Of a DNA stretch of 64,000 nt, positions 37,910 to 50,569 are shown piece by piece. The stretch comes from Pristiophorus japonicus. Its lineage: Eukaryota. Location of the stretch: NCBI RefSeq assembly GCF_044704955.1, contig NC_091989.1, positions 85,312,001-85,376,000 of the forward strand, read 5' to 3'. How positions within the stretch are numbered: position 1 is the first letter of the stretch; each line of letters begins with the position of its first letter. The notes beneath the pieces are model-generated. The model was given only the letters and a program-made list of their open reading frames with translations. It searched no databases and was not told the DNA's origin. The position numbers and the translations under genes are program-made.

Positions 37910-39299
37910 TGCTGCTACTGCTCATTTTATCCAATGGTTTTAACTTAACTAAGAAACCTTAATATGTGGGACATAAGCAAAGGCCTTTTGAAAGTACGTA
38001 GATATCACATCAAAGTCACTGCCTTCATCCAACATTTATCTTCCCTCATCAAGCAAATCAATTTAATCAAACACGGTTTGCCCTGAACAAAACTAAGCTC
38101 GCTCTTCTTTACTAATCCATGTTCGTCCAAGTGGTTGTTAATTTTCACTGGGATTATTGTGTCTAAAAGCATTCCCACTCCCGACATTAAAGTGATTATC
38201 CTGCATTTGCCAGGTTTATCCCTCTCCCTTTTATGAATAAGCGTATAATATTTGCAATCCTCCACTGATTTGGCACCACCACTGTATTTAAGGAGGGGTG
38301 GAGGACTGTGGCCGCAATCACCTCGAGAATATATAACCTTACATCCATCTGCAGGCTAAGCTGCATTCCATCCAGACTAACTGCGTTATCTACTTCAAGT
38401 GCTTGCACTGTTCCCTGTACCGCCTCTTTATCTAGTATTTTGTCTTATCCCTTATCCCGCCAAGTGCCTCGTGTACCATCACTTTGGCAAATTATTCTGA
38501 CTCCAGCAATGGATTTCTGTTCCAGTTTCTAATCTGACTCATGGCTCCACTGACACGCATTTTACAGTTAATTTCCAGTTGTATGAAATAACTTTCGATT
38601 CCCTTTTATGTAAGCCTTCAAGCTCTGACGCGGTCTGCCTCTTTGCACCTCTTATTTCCTTTTTTTTTTACTTCTCCTCTATTCTTTTTATTCACCACGA
38701 TTCTCCCTTGTATTATCAAGCTGACAACTGTCATACATCCACTGTTTCTGCTTCATTCTATTCGCCAATTCATTCATCATGCTTCTAGCTGTCATCACCC
38801 TCCATTTCCCCGTCATAGGAATGAATCTAGACAGTACGTGAATTATGTATAACTTAAAAGTCTACCATTGCTCCATTACCATTCTATCTGACTGTCTTTC
38901 ACTCCAATTTAACTGGTCTCCCACCAGTTAAGGATTTTTATTCTCCCTATCCTTGTCCTTAATGATAACTAACCTACAACTTACGATAGGATGATTAAAA
39001 CTCCCGAGATGATTCACGGCTGCGACATCCTCCACTTGAACAATTTCATTCCCCATAACCAGGAAAAGCAATGCCTCCTTCTTCATTATGCTGGAAACAT
39101 ACGAATCTGGAAAAGCTACTCCATACAGTTCTGAAATATCTCTCCAAAAGAACTACTGCTCCATGCAATATATTGTTAGTTAAATACTCCCATTATCACT
39201 ACCCTATAGGTCTTGCATCTCTCATTAATTTCTCTGCAAATCTGCTCAGCTGAATCATTTGAATATTTGGTGGCCTATAAAATCCACCAGGTAGCGCAA

Positions 39300-41350
39300 T
39301 ATCATAGAATCATAAAAGTTTACAGCGAGGATGAAGGCCATTTCGGCCCATCGTGTCCGCGCCAGCCAACCAAGAGCTATCCAGCCTAATCCCACATTCA
39401 GCTCTTGGTCTGTAGCCCTGTACGTTATGGCACTTTAAGTGCACTTCCAAGTAAATGAGGTGAGGGTTTCTTTCTCTACCACCCTTTCAGACAAAGAGCT
39501 ACAGAGCCCCATCACCAATGGGTGAAGAAATTTCCACTCACATCTTCTCTAAACCTAACCCCAATTAATTTAAATCTATGCCACCTGGTTGTTGACCAGC
39601 CTGACAATGGGGAAGAGGTCCATTATATCCACACTATCCAGGCTCCTCATCATTTGATACACATCTATCTGGTCACCCCTCAGCCTCCTCTATTCCAAAG
39701 AAAAGAGAAGCATCATCTGCAATCTTCCCGCATAGCCAAAATTATGCAGCACAGGCAACATTTTTCTAATTCTCCTCTTCACCCTTTCAGGTACAATGAC
39801 ACCTTTCCTGTAATGTGCTCACCAGAACTTCACGCAGTACTCCATCAGCGGCCTAACCTGTGTTCTATACAGATCAAGTATAACCTCCTTACTCTTGTGT
39901 CCGATACCTCGAATAATAATGGCATGTAATCCATATGCCTTCTTACCCACCTTATTCACCTGGCCTGCTAACTTCAGGCATCTATGGACCTGTACCTCAA
40001 GGTCCCTTTGATTCTCTACACTTTTCAGTGTAGTACCATTTAATGCGTATTCCCTTGCCTTGTTAGACCTCTGCAAATGCATTACTCCACACTCACCCAG
40101 ATTAAATTCAATTTTCCCTGTTCTGCCAAGCTGACCAGTAGATTGATAACTTCCTGCAGGCCGCAGTTTTCTACTTCATTAAAAATCACACAGACTACAC
40201 TAGTTTTATCTGCAAACTTCTTCATAATACCTGCAACATTCAACTGCAGGTCATTGATATATACCACAAAAGGCAAGGGACCCAGCACTGAGCCCAGCGG
40301 AATGGATAGTGCCCTCCGTTCAAAAAATACTCTTCAAACATTAGATGTTGTGTCCTGCCTCTGAGCCAATTTTGGATACAACTTGCCACTTTCCCATGGA
40401 TCCCATGGGATTTTACTTTCAGGATCAGTCTGCCATGTTGGATATTATCAAAAGCTGTGTTATCATTTATATACACGACATCGTATGCGTTGCATTCATC
40501 GAGCCATGTATCAAGTTAGTCAGACACGAGCTTCCTTTAAAAAATCCATGCAGACTGTCCTTGATTAATCCATGTCTTCCTAAATGAAGATTCATCCTGT
40601 CCCTTTGGATTTTTTTCCAATAATGTTCCCATCACTGCGGTTAGACTGTCTGGCCTGTAATTAATCACTCGATCGCTTTCTCCCTTTTTAAACAAAGATA
40701 CAATATTAGCAGTCCTCCAATCCTCTGGTATCACACCTGTAGCCAGAGAGGTCTGGAAAAGAGGTTAGAGGCCATGCTATTTCCTCTTTTCTTCTCCTAA
40801 CAGCCTGGGATACATTTAATCAGGCATGGGGGTTTATCCCATTTCAAATCTGCTGAGCCCCTTAATACTTCCTCTCTCACTATGGTAATCTCATCTCATA
40901 TTTCACACCACTCCTCGTTCATTGCAAATTCTGCATCGCTGCTCTCTTTTGTGAACACAGATGGAAGGTTTTGATTAAGAACGGAATTGGGGTTATGGAG
41001 AGCAGGCAGAGAAGTGGACCTGAGTCCATGATTGGATCAGCCATGATCGTATTAAATGGTGAAGCAGGCAAAGGGGCCGTATGGCCTACTTCTGCACCCC
41101 TTTCTCGTGTTCTTATGTAATCATGGCCGTGTCTTCTGCCTCCACAAACAGATTTCCTTTATGGACTCTAATACGCCTCCATCTTTCTTTGTTATCCTTT
41201 TACTCTTAATGTATTTGCAAAACATCTTTGGGTTTTCACTGATTTTACTCGACAACATTCTTTCATGCTCTCTCTTTGCTTTCCTGATATCTTTTATAAT
41301 TGGAAGCCCGCACTTCATATACTCTACCAGAATAACTGATTTATTGTTTT
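39300..41350 (-). mobile_element. Second CR1 subfamily copy nested in the host; itself carries a plus-strand CR1 3' tail at about 40985-41120
   Basis: atcatagaatcata tail; LGPLPFVVYINDL, KFADKT, IPEDWRTANIVSLFKKG, IRKAKREHE. Confidence 0.85.
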
Positions 41351-42947
41351 CTAAACTCGAACCACGTAGATTCTGGCTTTGATTCCTTAAGGAATGATAC
41401 CCTCTCTTTCTAGCTCTGCCATACTTTTGTTAATCAAAATTTCTACCGATCCTAATTTATTCCTTCGATATCTTTTCCCAATACCTAGTATCAACTGGTG
41501 TTACGCATCCAAAGCTTTGTTTTTTGACCTAAAACTCAAGTCAATATACCATATTCCCACGTGGCTATTTGCATCTGCAATTCACTAGCTTTATCCCGTG
41601 CATTTCCACACATGCACTCAGAAAGCAACCTATAACTAATTGAATATTCTAATGATACCACCACCTATTTCTGTATCATTTATATTTCTAACTCTGACAA
41701 CCTCTCCCAGTCCCCTGTGCACCTTGTCCCTATTTTTAATAACACATACTTGTGCACAACCCCATGCCAAATTATTTTAAAACATCTCCCACAGCGCCAG
41801 CTAAATTCTCCTCACGGATATTGGTCCCAGTTCTGTTCATGTGGAGCCTGTCCATCTTGAACAAGTCCCTAGTACCACACGACTGATCCCAGTACGTCCA
41901 AAATCTCAAATCCTCCCTCCTACAAAATGCCCCTAGCCATGCATTAACTTGTCACTTCCTCAAATTTCTACTCTCACTAAAGCATGGCACTGGGAGTAAT
42001 CCAGATATTACTACCGCTTAGTTACTGATTTGTAACTTGCTATCAGCTCCGTAATCTCTGACTGTAGGACCTCAACTTCCCCCACAGAATGTTCTGCACC
42101 CTCTCAATAATGCGCCAGCACCAGGGAGGCACACCCAATATGGGACTCACATCAACGTTAGTAGTTCTGCCTGTTTATAGCCAGCACTATCGAATCCATA
42201 ATTAGCATTTGTACAATTTGATGTACACACATGTGCAGTAAACCTCTTCACTACTCAATGCTGAATATCGGTTTGAGAGTGCGACATACCCGCAAGGATT
42301 CCTGCACCACCTGGCAGTTTCTAAGAACTCTGGATGCCACCCACATGGCTACTCTGCCTTTGCGGAATCTGTGACCAAGTAAACAATCAGTCACACAAAT
42401 ACTTGCAATTAACTGGGAGTTGGAGCAGGTGGAGCCACTTATTTGAAAACTGAGCATCCACGATGCATTCAGCGTCCTGAAGTTCCAAAATGCTGCAGGA
42501 ATTTCAGGCTGCGGTTCATAATTGCTCTTCCATTCTAATTGGAACGTTAAAATAAACTCCTTGGATATAAGGTGATTATTTATATAATTACTCCTCAATG
42601 CGAACTAAACAGTGATTAAATTATATATGCAAGCTGATAAAGAACGACTGAGATACTAAAAACAGACAACCTACCTGTTAGATATCTAGAGACTTAAACC
42701 AGATTCTTATTTTAGAACCCTCGGATTCTGCAGTTCCACTGATTCTAAGTTAGGCATGAGGAACTTCCTTTTTTCTATCCACTGAATTACTGCTATCACG
42801 AAATTCTCAGCTACCACTCTTTTTGCAATCCATTTTGATTGCAATTCTCCAAGCTCTGTCTCAAATGTTTGTGCCATGGATTCGTCACCATTGAATGCAA
42901 TCACGAAAGTTAATGGCAAAGAAGTGAATCGGCTTATCAGCATCATC

Positions 42948-43560
42948 ACTGTCATCATCATAAGTAGTCCCTCGTATCAAAGCTGACTTGCTTCCAAAAA
43001 GGGATGAGTTCACAGGTGTTTCAATGAAGGACCTAATATTCCACGTCCCGAACTACATCCTAAAGGATGGAAGATGCCTGCGCGTGGATTATTTTAATGT
43101 GTGGTGGTCGTTGCACACCAGACACCACACGGGCTTCATAGAACTACGTCTTTGTCCAATGGCAAGCATTAATCAAGATGACTGAAGAGCAGATCTGCCG
43201 CGTGGCCCTAGTGTGCACATATATCGCAGCGTGAGCTGGCCTGTGTTTCCCCTGGGACAACGTGTCTTCTGGCCCCAAAATAAATCCTCACTGCATGATC
43301 AATAGGCGCTCCTGCACCGCAACCTCGCTGCTCCTGCTGTACTGGCCGAAGCTCAAATCAGCAAACTGGACTATGGTGACGTCCAATCCACTCGCACTCT
43401 TCACTGTCTTTGACATCCTGCATTGGCTCACGCTGTACCTGGCAGTGGTATGCCGCCACTCTGCTCCCAGGGCGAGTCGCTGCTCCTTTTATGTTCCTGA
43501 CCTGCCGCAGATGTTCCCTCACAGGTCACAGCCACCATGCTGCTGCACACCGCCACTCAT
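42948..43560 (-). mobile_element. Non-autonomous RTE-tailed element (SINE-like)
   Basis: catcatcataagtagtccctcg...gacttgcttcc matches the reverse complement of the RTE 3' end at about 50521-50569; the body has no RT similarity. Confidence 0.6.
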
Positions 43561-45719
43561 GGTGGAATAAATATCGGCGTGTCGCAAATTGCTAATAACA
43601 GCCAGCGCGATGCATTTACAGTTAGGTGTTGTTTGTGGGGTAATTTTGAACAAGGACAGCGGGAGAACTCAGTGCTATTCTTCCAATAGAGAATATTCTC
43701 ATCCACATGAAAAGACAGACTGTAATTAAGTTGATGGCCTCATCGAAAAAATACTACTGCAACTTCGGTTTTCATGTCGTTCCCTAACTTATTTCCGGTT
43801 TTCAGTTCCCCAGTTACTAAGGGTGTTAAAACCAACGCAACTGAATATAAGTCCTTCAACAATCTGAAAACAGAGACAGCTAGAAACATCACATTTATCG
43901 ACAAATATACAACACATGAATAACCAGCTAGCATGAACATTTTTATGTATTCGGCCATAAAGCTTGAGAGGAGTGGACCTGAAATGTCACAGAATAATGG
44001 ATGAGAGGAAACCAGACGTAATATCATACTAGAGGAGCGAAGCCCAGAGTCCATGAACGGCTAGAGGAGTGGAGAGCAATTAAAGATGAAAACATTACGT
44101 CAGAAGATTGATGGAGTTCGAGGAACTCCATCAGAGAGATTAATTTTATTTATGACTAAGTCAGGTGTCTAATTTGGTATATAATTAAGTTTAGTGTTTA
44201 TGTAAATAATCAGACCTAGATAGCTAAAAATAAAATTGACCAACTACAGATTTCTTCATTAAAGTGTTTTCATTCAATTAAAATATGACATATATAGATA
44301 ATAATTAACAGTTAAGTAAAAAATAAATTAATTGACATTATCCACGAATAAGCAAGAGGTGAACGAGAGCAATTAAAAATTTAGCCCCTAATTGTAATAT
44401 AAAATTAATTAAATAATGAAATAAATAAAACAAGGTCATATAGAAATGGCAATACAATTGCTGAGCCTCAACTGCGACATATGGGAGTATATGGAAGCAT
44501 TCTGCAGTAAATGCATTTACCGCAAGGAACTGCAGCTCAAAGTTTTCACTTCAGTAGGCATTGGCACCAGAACTGGGAAAAGAGGGAGCTGTTCCATTGA
44601 AATGGGATCCACTTCAACTCGGTTGTGAACATTGTCTTGGCGAATCGTATAGCTAGGGGTTTAAATCAATGGAGAGGTTGGGTGGGACGCTTTAGGAAAG
44701 GGTAAATTCAAAAGTAGTAGCAGGAATGGCACTGTTGCAGATCAGAGGAGCGACGTTGGTAAACACAAACAGAATGAATCAGGAAGGGAAAAAGAGCAAA
44801 GCAAATAGGGCATTAGAAACTCCGGTGACATAAGGGACAAATAGAAAAATGTTAATCCTCAAGGCAATGCATCTGATTAGATGAAGCATTGCCAGCAAAA
44901 CAGAAGAATTAACAGCGCAGGTAGAAAAAATAGGTCTGTTCTTGTAGCAATTATGGAAACATATTTGCAAAGTGGCCAAGGTTGGGTAGTAAATATTCCA
45001 GGATACTTGAATCGATAGGCAAAATGGAAATGTCCTGAAGATAAAGCATGCGTTAGAGTAGAGAGAAAAGATGTTAGCTCGGAAAATCAAGATGTAGAAT
45101 TGTTTTAGTTTGAACTAAGATACAAAACTGTGCATAGAACACTGGTGGCCATAGTTTATAGGCAGCCTAACAGTAGTTGTAGTGTCGGGCAAAATAGAAA
45201 TCATGAAATTTTAGGTACATGTATCAATGGTAATACAGTAATCACATCGGACTGTAATCTTGCTATAGGGTGTGCAAATCAAATTATCAGTAATAGGGTG
45301 TAGAATGAGTTCATGCAACGTATTCAAGAGAGTTTTATGGATTATTATGCCTCGGAACAACTTGGGAAGCAGCTATTTTAAATCTAGTATTGTGCAATAA
45401 GAAAAGGGTAATTGATTACCTTTTAGTGAAGGAGCCTTTCGGGAAGATTGGTCATAATGTGATTGAATACTATTTTGAGTGTAAGCGTGATATAGTTAAA
45501 TAAAAAAACTGGGGTCTGTATTCTCAACAAAGCATATACATACATAGGGGAAGCGAGTTGTTTTGCGGTATATTTGGAAACTGGATAACAATACATGATA
45601 TTAAATCAGCAATGCCGAACATTTAAATAATATATTTATACGTTGCAATGAATATATATTCCTCTTCTGAATATAAACCAGTTGGCATTAGTGGTCCAAC
45701 TGTGGTAAGGAGGGAAATA

Positions 45720-47480
45720 TATACATTGGAGACAGTTCAGAAAAGGTTCACTCTGTGCAGTTTTCGGCTCATTAACTGAGGAATGATTCATGAGAAGAAG
45801 GGGTTGAATTATGAAGAAAGGTTCAGCAGGTTCGGCCTATATTCATTGGAGTTCAGAAGAATGAGAGGTGATCTTATTTAAACATATAAGATACTTAGCA
45901 CGTTCGACAAGCTAGATGCAGAGAGGATGTTTCCATTAATGGGAGAAACTATGACTACGCGGCACAATTTAAGAATTAACCACTGAGATGAGCAGGAATT
46001 TCTTCTCTCAAAGGGTCATAAATCTGTGGAATTCTCTGCCCCCGCGAGATTTGGAGGCGGGGTCATTGATTATATTTAAGGTGGAGATAGACAGATTTTT
46101 AAACGATCATGTTTGACAAATCTTCTAGAATTTTTTGAGGATGTAACTATTAGAGTGGATAAGGGAGAACCGGTGGATGTGTGTATTTGGAATTGTAAAA
46201 TACTTTTGACAAGCTCCCACACAAGAGATTAGTGTGCAAAATTAAAGCATATTGTATTGGGGGTAATATATTGACGTGAATAGAGAACTGGTTGGCAGAC
46301 AGGAAGCAAAGAGTAAGAATAAAGGGGTCCTTATCAGAATAGCAGGCAGTGACTAGTGGGGTACCGCAGGGTTCAGTACTGGAATCCCAGCTAATTACAA
46401 TATACATTAATTATTTGGACAAACGAATTGAATGTAATATCTCCAGATTTTCAGATGACACGAGGTGGATGCTACGAGGCTGCAGAGTGACGTGAACAGG
46501 TTAGCTGATTGGGCAAATGCATGGCAGATGCAGTATAATGTACATAATTAAGAGATTCTCCAATTTGGTGAAAAAAACACGGAGGCAGATTATTATCTGA
46601 ATGCTGGCAGATTATTAAAAGGGAAGGTACAACGAGACCTGGGAGTCATGGTACATCAGTCATTGAAAGTTGGCATGCAGGTACAGCAGGCGGTGAATTA
46701 GACAAATGGCATGTTGGCCTTCATAGCGAGCGGATTTGAGTATTGGACCAGGGAGGCCTTACTGCAGTTGTACAGAGCCTTGGAGAGGCCACACCTGGAA
46801 TATTGTGACCAGTTGTGGTGTCCTAACCTGAGGAAGGACATTCTTGCTATTGAGGGAGTGCAGCGAAGGTTTACCACACTGAATCCCGGGATGGCAGGAC
46901 TGACATATGAAGGAAGACTGGATCGACCAGGCGTATATTCACTGGAATTTAGAAGAATGAGAGGGCATCTCATAGAAACACGTCAAATTCTACGGGATTG
47001 GACAGGTTAGATGCAGGAAGAGTTTTCCTGATGTTGTCAAAGTCCAGAACAAGGTCTCACAGTAAAAGGGTAAGGGTTAAGACAAATAAGACCTAGATGA
47101 GGAGAAACTTCTTCACGCAGAGAATTTTGAACCTGTGGAATTCTCTACCACAGAAAGTTATTGAGGACAGTTCGTTCAATATATTTAAATGAGAGTCAAA
47201 AGGAATCTAGTGGTATGGTGAGAAAGCAGGAATTGGCTCCTAAATTTGCAAAAATGATCTGCTATTTAGTGGTGCAGACTCGAAGGGCCGAATGGCCTAT
47301 TCCTGCACCTATTTTCTATGTTTCTATGTTTCTATGTTTCAAGAGTTATGGGGGCGTGCAGGGAAGTGGAGCTGAGCCCAAAGTCAGATCAGCCATGAAC
47401 TTATTAAGTGGTGGAGCTGGCTCAAGAAGCCGAATGGCCTACTCCTGCTTCTATTTCCTATATTCTTCCATTCCTATGTA
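45720..47480 (+). mobile_element. CR1 3' fragment split by a further nested CR1 (46108-47340)
   Basis: 3' end sequence stops at acagatttttaaacgat and resumes at 47341; the nested copy has an RT 3' half (MLAFIASGFEY...RMRGHLIET) and a (tttctatg)n tail. Confidence 0.8.
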
Positions 47481-48349
47481 ACAAGTTAAAGATCTTATCA
47501 GATTATACGAAGAGGTTTATATTGTTGCGAAAAAGAGTACAAATCCTGAAGACTGGGAGCATATCAGAATTAAACAAAGGATCACCATGAAATTGATAAA
47601 TAAAGTGTGGAAAATGATATGAGATTAAATCCGGAAGAGAAACAAGAATCGATTGTATAAGATTCTATATATAGGCCAACATGTACAGAGGAGTCACATA
47701 GAGCCAGAGACAAGATTAATCATGATGGGTAATCAGGAAATGGCAGTCATTAGAAACATACTTTGTAACAGTCTTCACAATAGACAACACCAATTTATTA
47801 GCACAATTAGTGGGGAACCAAGTATTTGGTGCAAATAAGGACTGAAATACATTAGTAAATATATTGTACTGGATCAAGTCATTGGATTAAACAAATCCCG
47901 TGGACTTCGCCGACATCCCAGGGTTTAATAGTGGTAGCTATAGAGATATGGCATGCATTGGTTTTGATCTACTGGATATCCCTCCATTCTGAAATGCTAC
48001 TTGCGGATTGGAAGGTAATAATACAACCGGGCTACTTTAGAAATGAAGGAAAGAGACAACAGGGACTATAGGTCACAGACTGACATTAGCTCTGGGGAAA
48101 ATGCTGTAATGATTAGGGACGGGGTAACGGAGCACTTAGACAATAATAATATGATTTGTCATAGTCAACGCAAATTTATGGAAGGGAATCGTGTTTAACA
48201 AATCTGATGATTTTCTTTTAGGTTGTAACTAGCAGGGATGCTTCGGACAACCTATGCATTTAGTGTATTTGGATTTTAAAAAGTATTCGGTATTGTACCA
48301 CACAAGAGTTTAGTTCACGCAATTAGTGCTCATGGGATTGGAGTAACTT

Positions 48350-50569
48350 CTTTGACTGTATGGCGGAATGAATACCAGGAAACACCAGGGCTGGTTTGGA
48401 GATAATGACCAGGAGCGCCAAGAGCTAATAGATAGCAAGCGCAGGTCAATTCTAAGCCTTAAATAACAACCCAACTCAAGAGCAGCAAGGCAGCATTACA
48501 GATGGCTTAAGGCTGAGCTCCAACAATAAAACTCAGGTCCTAAAGAACTGAGGTGGATTTAGAAAGCACAGGAGATATAGCTGACAGCCATGATGTGCAA
48601 GGATTCTTCACCGCAGTCAAGGCCACCTACGGCCCAAATACACAAGGCCCCACCCCACTGCCGGCCAACAACGGGGAATCACTCATCAAGGACACCGAGG
48701 AAATCAGGGCCCGCTGGAAGGAGCACGTCGAAGATCTCCTCAATGAAGACTCTGTCTTTGACTCGAGTTTCTTCGACCACATCCTGCAGCATATTACCCG
48801 CCACCACAACTTTAAAACCTAGCAGCGCACGAGATAGAAAATGCCAAAAGTCAGGTTAAGAACAACAACGTTGCGGGAACGGATGGAATCCATGCTCAGG
48901 CACTGAAGCATGGCGGAAACTCACTTTTGCTGCAAATGCGTGACCTCATCTCTCTCATATGGAGCTAGGAAAGCATGCCGGGAGATCTTAGAGATGCAGT
49001 GATCGTGACAATCTTTAAAAAATGGAACAGATCGGACTTGGCAACTACAAAGGAATCTCCCTGTTATCAGAAACTGGAAAGTCGTCAATAGAGTCCACCT
49101 CAATCGTCTTCTCCTAGTGGTTGAGTAACTCCTCCCGCAGCCACAGTGCAGATCTCGTCCGCTAAGGGGCAAAGCAGACATGATTTTTATAGAGTGAAAG
49201 ATGCAAAAAAAATGCACGGAACAGCACCAGCCTTTATACATGGCCTTCTTCGACCATACAAAGGCCTTTGTCACTGTCAACCACGAGGGTCCATGGAGCG
49301 TCCTCCTCCATTTAGGATGGCCCCAAATGTTTTTCACAATCCTTCTGCTCCACAATGACATGCAGGCCCTGATCCTTACCAACGGATCCATTACTGACCC
49401 CATCCATGTACGGAGCAGTGTCAAGCCTGGCTGCATCATGGCCCCAATCCTTTCTCAATCTTACTCGCTGGCATGCTCTGCCTCACAGTCAACATGCTCC
49501 CCGCTGCAGTGGAACTAAACTACAGAACCAGTGGGAATCTGTCCAAATTTCGTCGTGTCCAGGCCGGTCCAAGACCATCCCAGCCTCTGTCGTAGAGCTA
49601 CAGTACGCGGACGGCACTTCCATCTGCACACATACAGAGTCTAAACTCCAAGTCATATTCAACATATTCACTGAGGCATACGAAAGCACGGGTCTGATGC
49701 TAAATATCCGGAAGACAAAGGTCCTCCACCAACCTGTCCCCGCCGCAAAGCACTACCGCCCAGTGAGTAAGATCCATGGCGTGGCCCTGGACAACGTGGA
49801 TCATTTGCCGTACCTCGGGAGTCTCTTATCAACAAGAACAGACATTGACGACGAGATTCAACACGGCCTCCAGTTCGCCAATCTGAGGGAAGGAGTGTTT
49901 GAAGATCAGACCCTCAAGTCTGCCACCAACCTCATGGTCTACAGGGCTATAATAATACCCATCCTCCTGTAAGGCTCAGAGATATGGATCATGTACAGCA
50001 GATCATTAAAGTCGCTGGAGAAATACCACCAATGATGTGATCACACGATCGTGAAAATGCCCTTGGAGGACTGATGCACCAACGTTAGCGTCCTCGACTA
50101 GGCCAATATCCCCAACATTGATCAACTCTGCTGGGCAGGCAACGTTGTTCGCATGCCAGGCACGAGACTCCCAAAGCAAGCACTCTACTCGAAATTTCTT
50201 CATGACATTCTAGCCAAAGGTGGGCAGAGGAAATGTTACAAGGACACCCTCAAAGCTTCCCTGATAAAGTGCAACATCCACACTGACACCTGGGAGTCAC
50301 TGGCCAAAAAACGCCCTAGGTGGAGGAAGTGCATCAGGGAGGGCACTGAGCAACTCGAGTCTCATCGTCGAGAGCAGGCAGAACTCAATCGCAGGCAGCT
50401 GAAAGATGATATGGAAAACCAGTCCCACCAATCCTTTCTCTCAACGACTATCTGTCTCACCTGTGACAGTGACTGTGGTTCTCCTATTGGACTGTTCAGC
50501 CACCTCAGGACTCATTCTTGGAGTGGGAGGAAGTCTTCCTCGATCCCACGGGACTGCCTACGATGATGA
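48350..50569 (+). mobile_element. RTE-clade LINE, 5'-truncated, disrupted
   Basis: FFTAVKATYGP, IRARWKEH, LYMAFFDHTKAF, LQYADG, YLGSLLS, RLPKQALY, CTCDSDC..IGLFSH finger; (gat)n tail. Confidence 0.92.

Larger units (their letters stand above)
35441..42500 (-). mobile_element. Old, near full-length CR1 acting as host for nested insertions (host pieces about 35441-36510, 37910-39299, 41350-42500)
   Basis: 3' tail at 35441; RT pieces ([18 protein letters not shown]); endonuclease region split around 39300/41350; ORF1 esterase-like region about 41800-42150. Confidence 0.7.
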
